This document shows positions 1 through 8,566 of a stretch of DNA of 64,000 nucleotides, piece after piece (the stretch's first letter is position 1; every line of letters begins with the position of its first letter). The stretch spans positions 452,938-516,937 of the forward strand of contig JAHQJS010000006.1 of NCBI GenBank assembly GCA_019057385.1. Direction: 5' to 3'. Source of the stretch: Candidatus Borrarchaeum weybense (GTDB lineage: Archaea > Asgardarchaeota > Sifarchaeia > Borrarchaeales > Borrarchaeaceae). A program made the translations under genes and the position numbers. Under the pieces are notes generated by a model. It did not search any database and was not told where the DNA came from. It saw only the letters and a program-made list of their open reading frames with translations.

Positions 1-795
1 ACCTGGTGGATAGATGGCACTATAAGAACACCTGAGGATCTTGAGAAGTGGCGTTCGGAGTTTCCAAACCCAAAAGAATTCAATTGTGAAATTGTCGACC
101 TGACTATTGAAGAAGCGGAAAAAAATGATTATCCTGTTGTAGTATGGGTTCACGGTTCTATGATGTTTCCGTATCTCATGATTGGCGGCATAGATAAAAT
201 GGTACTTGCCATTTATCGACAACCTGAGTTTGCCAAAGAATTGGTGCGGATTGTAGCGAAATTAAACCTCGAAATAACAAAACAACTTTTGAATAGAGGG
301 CGAGGCTCTATAGACCTTGTAATCGAGAGTGATGACATAGCAGATGTTAAGACGCCTTTCTACCCCCCTAGGCTCTTTAGAGAGTTTTTCTTTCCGTATT
401 TTACGCGATTAATCGATGAATGTCATAGTCGAGACATACCATTTATGAAGCACTCGGATGGAAATTTGTACCCGCTTCTTGATGATTTCGTCGAAATGGA
501 TGTCGATGGATTGCATCCGATTGAACCAGGAGTCATGGATTTAGCCGATGTGAAACAGAGGTATGGTGATAAATTCGTATTACGGGGAAATGTAGACTGT
601 ACCCATGTTTTACCATATGGAAAGGAAGACGATGTCCGTAGAGATGTTAGACGATGTATTGACGCCGCGGCAGAAGGAGGGGGCTTTATTCTCGCAGACA
701 GCAACAGTCTGCATTCTTTAGTGAAAACAGAAAATATCAAATTTATGATAGACGAAGGACGAAAATACGGCCAATATCCACTTGAAAAATCATAA
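1..795 (+). CDS. UroD/MtaA-family (methylcobalamin:thiol methyltransferase-like) protein, 5'-truncated by window edge
   Basis: Frame open from base 1; motifs ESDD, KHSDGN, GLHPIEP, LRGNVD, GGFIL; adjacent corrinoid protein gene. Confidence 0.85.
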   Translation, partial: TWWIDGTIRTPEDLEKWRSEFPNPKEFNCEIVDLTIEEAEKNDYPVVVWVHGSMMFPYLMIGGIDKMVLAIYRQPEFAKELVRIVAKLNLEITKQLLNRGRGSIDLVIESDDIADVKTPFYPPRLFREFFFPYFTRLIDECHSRDIPFMKHSDGNLYPLLDDFVEMDVDGLHPIEPGVMDLADVKQRYGDKFVLRGNVDCTHVLPYGKEDDVRRDVRRCIDAAAEGGGFILADSNSLHSLVKTENIKFMIDEGRKYGQYPLEKS

Positions 796-816
796 ATTGA
801 ACAGAGGTGCGCACTT

Positions 817-1461
817 ATGGGCGAAAATAAGATGCTCAAAACAATTGCTGAAAGTTTAGCTAATTTAAATGATGAACTTCTCAAAAATACATTAAGAAAA
901 GCGATGAAAGAGATTCTACTTAAAAAAATAATTCGAGAAGGCTTAGGAAAGGGAATGGAAATTGTTGGAACACGATATGAGAGCGGGGATTATTTTCTTA
1001 GTGAATTAATTATGGCAGCCACCCTTATGAATGAAAGCATGGAGTTACTACAACCTTTGCTGAAACATGAAGCAGCAGATAAAGATGCCATTGGGAAAAC
1101 CGTGATCGGCACTGTGGAGGGCGATTTACATGATATTGGAAAAAACCTCATTGGTGCTATGCTTGAGTCAATAGGATTTGAAATCACTGATCTTGGAGTA
1201 GACGTGACTCCAGAAAAGTTTGTCGAAACAGTAAGACAAGTAAAACCTGATATTCTCTGTATGTCCACACTTTTAAGTGCAACAATGGATAAAATCGAAG
1301 AAACTATTAAAAAACTAGAAGAAAATGGGTTGCGAGATACTGTCAAAGTTCTTGTCGGTGGTAGATGTCTAAATGATCAACTTGCTCGTGACATGGGTGC
1401 CGATTCTTATGGCGACGATGCGTGGGACGCCGTAAGAAAAGCACGAATGCTTCTCTCCTAA
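817..1461 (+). CDS. Corrinoid (B12-binding) methyltransferase protein, MtaC/MtbC-like
   Basis: GDLHDIGKN (DxHxxG) motif, N-terminal cap YFLSELIMAA, LVGG. Confidence 0.92.
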   Translation: MGENKMLKTIAESLANLNDELLKNTLRKAMKEILLKKIIREGLGKGMEIVGTRYESGDYFLSELIMAATLMNESMELLQPLLKHEAADKDAIGKTVIGTVEGDLHDIGKNLIGAMLESIGFEITDLGVDVTPEKFVETVRQVKPDILCMSTLLSATMDKIEETIKKLEENGLRDTVKVLVGGRCLNDQLARDMGADSYGDDAWDAVRKARMLLS

Positions 1462-1559
1462 TTAAGTCGTCACTATGCCGGAATTTTTATATTTCCACAT
1501 CTTTGTAGAGTATTAGCTGTGGTGATGACATTCCTAAAAAGAAAAAGATGGATAGTGGG

Positions 1560-2165
1560 TTAGACGACTTCCTTCTTTCGAAGTCGGATCAGGCTATATG
1601 AGACTAAGGCAGTCACTGAAACTAAGGGAATAAACAGTGTGCCGAGGCATCCAATTGAAACGGTTGATACTGCCATATAGGCGTCAGTCGAAACCAATCT
1701 ATCGGTTATAGTACCATCAGGAGATCTGGATTCAAAGAGGATGCCTGTGTTGGTGTCTCGATAGCTTCTACTAGATTCACTATAATAGGCAGTGTAGCTG
1801 ACACCCTCGAATTCGTAATTTTGAGTGGTAAGACTTAAATCTTCTTCTAAATAGCTTTTTGGTAGTAGCCACGGTGAAACATAGGCAAGGTTAAGTTCAG
1901 TAATACTTGCGTCGGCATCGAGTATTTCAGTTTCGGTGTTACCACTTACTGTTACTTCCAGCGATATCGTCTTGCCTTCTACGTTAATCACTTTCATTTT
2001 AATAGTTCCATAGCTATTTGACTGCCATTGTATTTCATTGCCTATTGATAATGTCCCCCAGTTTGGTGTGGCAGTTACCGTTGTTGTTGATGAGGTGCTG
2101 GCGATCAAACAGACCAAGCATACAACAAGAAGTCCCATTAGAGCCTTTCTGGATGTATTCCTCAT
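1560..2165 (-). CDS. Secreted/surface protein with signal peptide and C-terminal CLGT-TM-basic anchor
   Basis: ATG 2165 preceded by GGTGAG; hydrophobic N-terminus; C-terminus GCLGTLFIPLVSVTALVSYSLIRLRKK. Confidence 0.7.
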   Translation of the reverse strand: MRNTSRKALMGLLVVCLVCLIASTSSTTTVTATPNWGTLSIGNEIQWQSNSYGTIKMKVINVEGKTISLEVTVSGNTETEILDADASITELNLAYVSPWLLPKSYLEEDLSLTTQNYEFEGVSYTAYYSESSRSYRDTNTGILFESRSPDGTITDRLVSTDAYMAVSTVSIGCLGTLFIPLVSVTALVSYSLIRLRKKEVV

Positions 2166-2426
2166 AGACTCACCATATTTAGTGTTAAAATTCAAAAACT
2201 CGTGCAGTATATTAAGGGTCTTGGTTTATAAACGTTCATGGTCTTATGGAAGGTTTTTACAGTTTTAAGGGTCTGGTAGTCATATTCAGTAGAAAAAATA
2301 AATTATCAGGTAAAAATTACTAACTGTAATAGAATTTAAACTAGCAATATGCATGCCAGACCTACACGTTAGATAATTGTGGTGATGTATAGCTTCTGGA
2401 CGGCTTTAAAAAAATGCCCATACGCA

Positions 2427-2456
2427 AGAAAATTAGCCGCTATACACAGGTTTATA
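2427..2456 (+). promoter_or_regulatory. Promoter with conserved AGCCGCTAT box 7 nt upstream of TATA box
   Basis: AGAAAATTAGCCGCTATA identical at 2427-2444 and 3204-3221, each followed by TTTAWA. Confidence 0.6.
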
Positions 2457-2503
2457 TCACTCGCATTTTCATTTATATATGAGAGACTAAGGAGATGAAC
2501 TAA

Positions 2504-3016
2504 ATGGAAAAAGCATATAATTATCCTACAATAGATAGATTTATGTGGGCTTTTGTTGCTGCAGGTGCAGGTGTAGTACTTCTTCTTCTAGGTATAGGAC
2601 TGCCCGTGTTTGTTCCACAAGAAAGGTCAATATCAGCTAATCGTTGGTTAGAAGTGTTAACGGGTCGCGCCGCAGGACAGTCAACGTTTTATACGCCGCT
2701 CACACGAGTAATCTTCGTAATCTTTGGAATTTTTGCCTTAATTAACGCAGTACTAATCTATAGAGCAGGTTCGACAATCATTAAAATCGACGATGCGACA
2801 ATAACGTATCAAAGAGGAGACAAGACGATAAATGTGCCGTGGTCTGAAGTGACTGATGTCAAAAAACGTGTGACAGTTGGAGTGCGAGCTGGAGCCACAG
2901 AAGTAGTTACGCTAGCCACAGAGACAGAACCACGCAAAATTACCTTTAATAGCAAGCTCACAGGTTATGATGAGCTAATGAAGGCTATCCAAACCCATAC
3001 AAACGTGCAATTCTAA
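2504..3016 (+). CDS. 2-TM membrane protein with C-terminal bacterial PH-like domain (paralog 1)
   Basis: Two hydrophobic helices then ITYQRG..VPWSEVTDV; paralog of next gene; SD AAGGAG. Confidence 0.7.
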   Translation: MEKAYNYPTIDRFMWAFVAAGAGVVLLLLGIGLPVFVPQERSISANRWLEVLTGRAAGQSTFYTPLTRVIFVIFGIFALINAVLIYRAGSTIIKIDDATITYQRGDKTINVPWSEVTDVKKRVTVGVRAGATEVVTLATETEPRKITFNSKLTGYDELMKAIQTHTNVQF

Positions 3017-3203
3017 ATATACTAAATCTGGTGAATCTTCATAGGAATACAAAAAATCCAGTAAGTGATTAATGGAGTTACACGGTTTATTTCCTATTTT
3101 TCTTTTAATGTGTGAGATCCAACTAAAGAGATAGTCATAATTATTCTCTTCAAGGAAAATATTTTACTTTATCTCATGTTAGAAAAGAAAATTGCAGAAA
3201 CAC

Positions 3204-3233
3204 AGAAAATTAGCCGCTATAAGTAAGTTTAAA
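3204..3233 (+). promoter_or_regulatory. Second copy of AGCCGCTAT-N7-TATA promoter
   Basis: 18-bp identity with 2427-2444. Confidence 0.6.
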
Positions 3234-3281
3234 ACCTCTCTGTCCAAAATATTTTTAGAAATTAAAAGGAGAATGAGTATA

Positions 3282-3794
3282 ATGGCACAAACTTTTCATT
3301 ATAAACTAATGGAGAGACTAGAGTGGACGCTTATCGCTGCAGGTGCGGGAATTGTTCTCCTAGTATTAGGATTTGGATCCTTTTTCTTTGCTCCACAAAG
3401 TACTCTCTCAAGTATTCGGTGGTTAGAAGTATTAACGAGTAGACCAGCAGCAGAACAACCAGTGTTCTTCACGCCGCTCTCGCAAGCAATTTTTGTGATA
3501 ATCGGAATTCTTGCTTTGATTAACGCGGTATTTATTTACAGAGTTTTTTCGGTCAACATTGAAGTAACTGATGATGCGATTACATATCACAGAGGAAGAA
3601 AAACCATCAGAGTTCCTTGGTCTGAAGTAACTGATGTCAAAAAACGTGTAGTCGCCTCGCGGTATGGAGCAGGAGAACTCGTGACTCTAGTTACAGAGAC
3701 AGATTCTTATAAAATTAGTTTTAATTCCACGATCAAAGGATATCCTGAACTATTGGAAGCGATTAAGACCCACACGAACATTAAATTCGCGTAG
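3282..3794 (+). CDS. 2-TM membrane protein with PH-like domain (paralog 2)
   Basis: Start moved to ATG 3282 by alignment to paralog 1 and SD AAGGAG; shared RWLEVLT and VPWSEVTDVKKRV. Confidence 0.7.
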   Translation: MAQTFHYKLMERLEWTLIAAGAGIVLLVLGFGSFFFAPQSTLSSIRWLEVLTSRPAAEQPVFFTPLSQAIFVIIGILALINAVFIYRVFSVNIEVTDDAITYHRGRKTIRVPWSEVTDVKKRVVASRYGAGELVTLVTETDSYKISFNSTIKGYPELLEAIKTHTNIKFA

Positions 3795-3898
3795 TCAAAC
3801 ACTTTTTTTCAAACCTTTTACTTATTTTATTTTCTAAGCTTGTTGTTTGACATTTTACGGGTTCATTTTTTTGTTTGAATGCTCTAGTTTCTTTAAAT

Positions 3899-4525
3899 TC
3901 ATTCTGGGAGAAGCAAAGTTAGTACAGATGCAATTGCGGCTTCTGTTGCCTTTTTTCGATCAGAAGCTGTGCCTACAATCAGGATATCACCCTCTTGGAG
4001 GTCAAAATTAGAAGTCAACTTATTATAAAGATCTTCATTTGATGCTTTAAGGTTCTCTATTGGTTTTGGAGGAATAAATAGCGTATTTTTCTCAAATATA
4101 ATCGTTGTAGCACCATCTGCTCCCACTTTTATTGCCTCATCTCTCAATTCTACGCCGGTTTTCACTTTTAACGCGGCATTTCTAAGTTGACAGATTGTAT
4201 CGAACTTTCCAATAGTAAGCGCCTTTAAATTTAAGTCAGTTCGTATTTCAATAAGTTCCTTTCTAATTTCTTGCATAAGATTCTTTCCTTCGTTGCTTAA
4301 CACATGTCCTTGTTTTGGGATTGCTTTTATTAATCCTATTTCCTTAAGGTGCTTAATAATGGTCCGAACGCTTGAATCACTTATCTCAAGTTCTTTTGAA
4401 AGCTTATAGCGTCCTATCGGTTCTTTTGAAGCTATATAGAGGAGAACTATTAGAATATGGGCTTTTCCAAATGAGGGATGTGGTTTACCGTTCCTGAAAA
4501 TCCTTTCAAATAATTTAGTAAGCAG
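3899..4525 (-). CDS. Winged-helix protein (DUF4443/DUF2111-like), probable CTG start
   Basis: Frame extends 74 codons upstream of the track start and encodes HTH PIGRYKLSKELEISDSSVRTIIKHLKEIGLI; SD GGAGG 7 nt before CTG at 4525; C-terminal LRDEAIKVGADGA motif. Confidence 0.75.
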   Translation of the reverse strand: MLTKLFERIFRNGKPHPSFGKAHILIVLLYIASKEPIGRYKLSKELEISDSSVRTIIKHLKEIGLIKAIPKQGHVLSNEGKNLMQEIRKELIEIRTDLNLKALTIGKFDTICQLRNAALKVKTGVELRDEAIKVGADGATTIIFEKNTLFIPPKPIENLKASNEDLYNKLTSNFDLQEGDILIVGTASDRKKATEAAIASVLTLLLPE

Positions 4526-4664
4526 AATGAAGCCTCCAAATATTCTCGCAATCTCCCCACTATTATATATATCAAATAAAAAGTAAAAGGTTTCTGGATA
4601 GTCATTTTAACTGTATAAGACGTTAAGCTTGTTTGTAGGAAAGTAATCCATTAGAAGTGTTTGA

Positions 4665-5201
4665 CTATCGCTTCTTCTTTCTTCTCTCTTCTTTTCTTTT
4701 CAGTCTTTTGTCTCTTTTCTCAGCAAGACTCACGACCCTATTTACCCAGTCTACGTAACCCTCATTGTATTTAAACAAAATTATGAACAGAAAGACAAAA
4801 ATCGATAAAAATATAACACTTAACGTCCATTCCCACATGAACCCATATGCAACATATCCCCAGATCAAGCTTGTTGCTCCCAAGAACGGGAGCCTACGCC
4901 ATTTTTGATAACCTTTGATAGGGTCTTTTTTAAATTCTACTTCAACGCCCTTGTTAGCAACGAGAATCCAGAGCAAATGGAAAATTGATGCACCAGCTAA
5001 TCCCGTAATAATTACGATTGGTTCCCAATCCCAAACCCATTTTGAAGGGTTTCTGATAAATGTATTAAGTGCGATGTATATAGCAAGTGGCACAATAAAA
5101 CTAATTATAGTGAGTATCCGCATATTCCTAGTTATGCCAGCAAGTCTCTCTTTATTCTCCAAAAGATATGTCGTCTTATACCTCATTCTTTCTTTACTCA
5201 T
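4665..5201 (-). CDS. Hypothetical 4-TM membrane protein with basic tail
   Basis: Hydrophobic segments; K/R-rich C-terminus; start uncertain (5201 or 5252). Confidence 0.55.
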   Translation of the reverse strand: MSKERMRYKTTYLLENKERLAGITRNMRILTIISFIVPLAIYIALNTFIRNPSKWVWDWEPIVIITGLAGASIFHLLWILVANKGVEVEFKKDPIKGYQKWRRLPFLGATSLIWGYVAYGFMWEWTLSVIFLSIFVFLFIILFKYNEGYVDWVNRVVSLAEKRDKRLKRKEERRKKKR

Positions 5202-5465
5202 ATTTCGCACCGCGGAGATAATATCATAGATTATATGTCCTTGTATAAACACAGTTTATATTTGGGACAAAATTCTTGCGCTAGCTTATATTTAATGGAA
5301 CTTTAGAACACATACATCTAAGTCTTTATACTTAAAACTTTCTCTGAGTGTTCCTTTTTTAAATCAAAATGCAAATTTTCTTACCTTCAATTTCAAGCAA
5401 TCTCATAGCTAATAGTTAAATAAAGTCTTTGAAAATTTATATTGGTATAATTTCATTTTAGAAGT

Positions 5466-5684
5466 TTAATTATTGATAAAGTTATAGATGAGTCTGCATT
5501 TCTCCGAGAGTTTCCAAAGCACTTCTTCCTGTTCAGGAGTCGGAAAGATCCTGATTTGCTGTGTCAGTTTCATGGGTTTCACGCAGACTCTATTATCAGA
5601 ACTTCTACCCCAAAAATACTATATAAAGCTAGCGGCTTTCATCCCCCACCTTTCGGAAGGGAACTTCCCCGCCGCATAAGTTAA
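5466..5684 (-). mobile_element. IS200/IS605-family remnant: left end plus truncated tnpB 5' fragment
   Basis: Left-end hairpin GGCGGGGAAGTTCCC..GGGGGATGAAAGCCGC resembles that at 61084-61135; 5466-5573 encodes MKLTQQIRIFPTPEQEEVLWKLSEKCRLIYNF (TnpB N-terminal HTH). Confidence 0.8.
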
Positions 5685-5825
5685 ATGAAAAAGGTTCAGA
5701 CGAATAACTAGCTCCAAATTAACCTCCAACTAGATAGATGCATAACTATATAAGAGATCAAGAGTCCTTCTACAAAAAATCAACTTGTAAGAATTCTGAA
5801 GATTTTGGTTTCGAGGTGAGAATAC

Positions 5826-6056
5826 ATGACAAAATGTCCCCAATGTGAATCTGATAGTGTTGTAAGTGGATCTTTTGGAGGTGGGTTTACAATACCGACA
5901 ATAGTTGCCTCATGTTTGAAATGTGGGCTATTTTGGCAAATTAGCGAACGGGATGGAATGGTAATTAAGCGCCTGCCTGTTATAAAAGACTTCAGAAAAA
6001 AACACCGCGAAAAAATCTTAAAAAAGCAAGGAATTGAACCAACCCAGAAAGAATGA
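5826..6056 (+). CDS. Small zinc-ribbon protein
   Basis: CPQC...CLKC; SD GAGGTGA. Confidence 0.7.
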   Translation: MTKCPQCESDSVVSGSFGGGFTIPTIVASCLKCGLFWQISERDGMVIKRLPVIKDFRKKHREKILKKQGIEPTQKE

Positions 6057-6128
6057 TTTCTCCCCTAGTTATTAACTCAATATCAAATTACTCTCGAAGA
6101 TATAATAGATTAAAATGAAGGTGATCTA

Positions 6129-6737
6129 ATGAAGTTACCTCGCAAAACTTTTGAATTTGTAGACAGTTCGCTTATTACTTACAGTCCTACAAGACTACGT
6201 ATGGAATTTTATATCTCCTTCGCGTCAGTCTGCATCCTTCTAGCGTCTTTTGTGTTTTGGAACAGCCCCGGCTGGATGTTTTATGCAGATATTGCCTATC
6301 TTCAACTTGTGTTAGGTTTGGTTTTGACTGTCGTTGCTATGACTTTCTTATGGATCGTCCTAACCTTAGAAAAGTTTGTTGTAAAAAAAATAAGAATTAA
6401 GAAATATAAGATAGAAGTAATAGCATCCTTTGTAACTTTGCCCTTTGAGTTCTTCGTGGTGTACGTCATACTAGATTTTATAGAGTATTTCAGACCAATA
6501 TCATCTGTACTCCAAGGCATTACTGCAGCCTTCATAATTGTTGCACTGCTTCTCCTCTCTCTATGGGCTGCGTTCTCTCTTGAAAGATGGCATTCTGTAA
6601 GAAAAAGCCTGTCTGGTGAAGATGAACAAATATCAGTTGAAGATTGGGTCGAAGAATACGAGAAAATAGATGAATCTGAGGAGGAGGACGAATACGTAAA
6701 AGAAAGAGAATTTGAAGAAATTGACTATTCGTCATAG
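6129..6737 (+). CDS. Hypothetical 4-TM membrane protein with acidic tail
   Basis: Hydrophobic helices; E/D-rich C-terminus; SD AGGTGA. Confidence 0.65.
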   Translation: MKLPRKTFEFVDSSLITYSPTRLRMEFYISFASVCILLASFVFWNSPGWMFYADIAYLQLVLGLVLTVVAMTFLWIVLTLEKFVVKKIRIKKYKIEVIASFVTLPFEFFVVYVILDFIEYFRPISSVLQGITAAFIIVALLLLSLWAAFSLERWHSVRKSLSGEDEQISVEDWVEEYEKIDESEEEDEYVKEREFEEIDYSS

Positions 6738-7098
6738 TGATTCCTCTCTTTTTCTATACTGTATATAACATGTAATCCACTCTTCCCTTCTTACAATGGC
6801 GTTTAAGCGCTTCTATTTTTTAATCCTTTATGCATATTCTTTTCATAGGTGCGATTCCTCTCATTCTTTCATAACTGCATATAAACTAAAGTTGATTGAA
6901 TTACAAAAAAGTGAATTTGTTGATACTACTTGAGTACTATTTTCTTAGGACTTGGCGCCTTATTGTAAACTTCATTAAAAATTGAGGTCGACGGTTAATC
7001 GGAAGTAAGCTTTATATATAACTTGTTATGGTATAGTTTTTCCAAACCTATACGTATAAACAAAAAAACCTAATTAGGTAAAAATATAGGAAATTTCG

Positions 7099-7686
7099 GT
7101 GAGCATAAAAATGCCATTTGCAGGAGCTGTTGGAGTACCCGCACCCGCTGTCGCCATTGGTATGAGCGGATTAATCTTCCCATTGTGGGCCATCGGTGCC
7201 GCCATCTTTCTCGGCTATGAATTTACCCCAGCTGAGGGTAAAGCTCTCGGTGCTACCTGTCTAGTTGGTTGCTATTCATTAAGTTTCCAGGGGCTTTGGC
7301 ACATCGTTGCTAACCCATTAGGTGGTGTCTTTAGCATCATCTTTGCCACGATTCCATTCATGTATGCCGTTACCTGGCTCGTTGGCTTCTTTGTCAACGT
7401 CTTCGGATTTGACGGTAAAGTTCTTGGACAAGTATGTCTACAAGAAATGATACCGCAAATTATAGCCTCGGTAGCATGTTGGATGGCTGGTGGAACTCAA
7501 CCAATGCTACAAATTGACTTGTGGTTCTATATCCTTGTGCTATTTGGATTCTTCCTCTTTACACACGGATACGGCGGAAAAGGCGGTGCGTACTACTGTG
7601 GGCTGTTCTGCTTCCTTTCCTGGATTGCTACCGTCCACCTACAATTCTGGTGGAGTGGAATCTTCGATCCAGGTCCCTTCTGGTAG
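7099..7686 (+). CDS. AmiS/UreI-like small-solute channel
   Basis: About 6 TM; YAVTWL..VNVFGFDGKVLG resembles the AmiS/UreI GxDGxxLG motif; oligo-T terminator downstream. Confidence 0.55.
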   Translation: MSIKMPFAGAVGVPAPAVAIGMSGLIFPLWAIGAAIFLGYEFTPAEGKALGATCLVGCYSLSFQGLWHIVANPLGGVFSIIFATIPFMYAVTWLVGFFVNVFGFDGKVLGQVCLQEMIPQIIASVACWMAGGTQPMLQIDLWFYILVLFGFFLFTHGYGGKGGAYYCGLFCFLSWIATVHLQFWWSGIFDPGPFW

Positions 7687-7852
7687 GAAGCCTGACATCT
7701 GCGTAGTAAAAGCACAAAACCCTTTTTTTTCTTTTTTTCCATTTTCTAGCTTCTCAAGTTTGTTAAGTTGTTTTCATATTCTAGATGTTTGAATGTAAAA
7801 CAGAATTATTCAAGTTTTCAAACCTGTCGAATAGCACAATGGAGAGGATAAA

Positions 7853-8383
7853 CTGACAGAAATTTCACGTAACGAAATTGAAAATGCCTTTACTGGTAGT
7901 TTCACAAAAAAGGAACTAACTGAAATAGCAAAAGAACACGATCTTAAGGGATTATCAAAACTTAAGAAACAAGAACTTATCGATTTTTTATTTAAGAATG
8001 TAGATTTAGCAACCTTATATACCTACGCAGAAGAATGTATCAAAAAACAGCGGAAGCTGAAAGCTGAAATAAAAGACTTATCATTTGAAGAACTTCTTGC
8101 CAAACTTACTGATGAAAAGAGACTAAAAAATGGCTTATCAATCCCTGACTCTGAGGTAAAACTCATAGAAGAGGGGGAAGGCACTTGGCATTTCAGAATA
8201 AAAAACTATAATTGTCAAATTGACGTGAATCGTCGGATAATTCGTCATGATTGTACTGATTGGGGTTTTCGCGGGAAAAAAGAACATATCCTATGCAAAC
8301 ACATGATCAAAGCGATCTCGAAGATTGATAATGCAGAAACTATTGTGAAACGTCTAATTTTAGATAGATGGGTCTATCTATGA
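7853..8383 (+). CDS. Rho-N/SAP-like helical domain plus SWIM zinc finger protein (absent from ORF track; probable CTG start)
   Basis: 176-codon frame: TKKELTEIAKEHDLKGLSKLKKQELIDFL ... HDCTDW..LCKH; SD GGAGAGG 5 nt before CTG; in-frame TAG at 7832 with no canonical start in between. Confidence 0.75.
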   Translation: MTEISRNEIENAFTGSFTKKELTEIAKEHDLKGLSKLKKQELIDFLFKNVDLATLYTYAEECIKKQRKLKAEIKDLSFEELLAKLTDEKRLKNGLSIPDSEVKLIEEGEGTWHFRIKNYNCQIDVNRRIIRHDCTDWGFRGKKEHILCKHMIKAISKIDNAETIVKRLILDRWVYL

Positions 8384-8566
8384 GGATCTTCAGTCGTAAT
8401 TACTTTCCAATGAAAAATCCAATGGAGCTCTTATTTATGAACTTCTAGGAGATTGTGATTCCTTTAAATGGAGTACCACGCAAGAGGTACTTGCAGCAAC
8501 AACTAGCGGACTTAATTTAATTTATAAATTTTGAAAACTATTATTCAAAATATATGGTTTAAATGA

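Noticed and set aside
5488-5679. 63-aa plus-strand ORF
   Set aside because: Antisense to the tnpB relic and IS left end.
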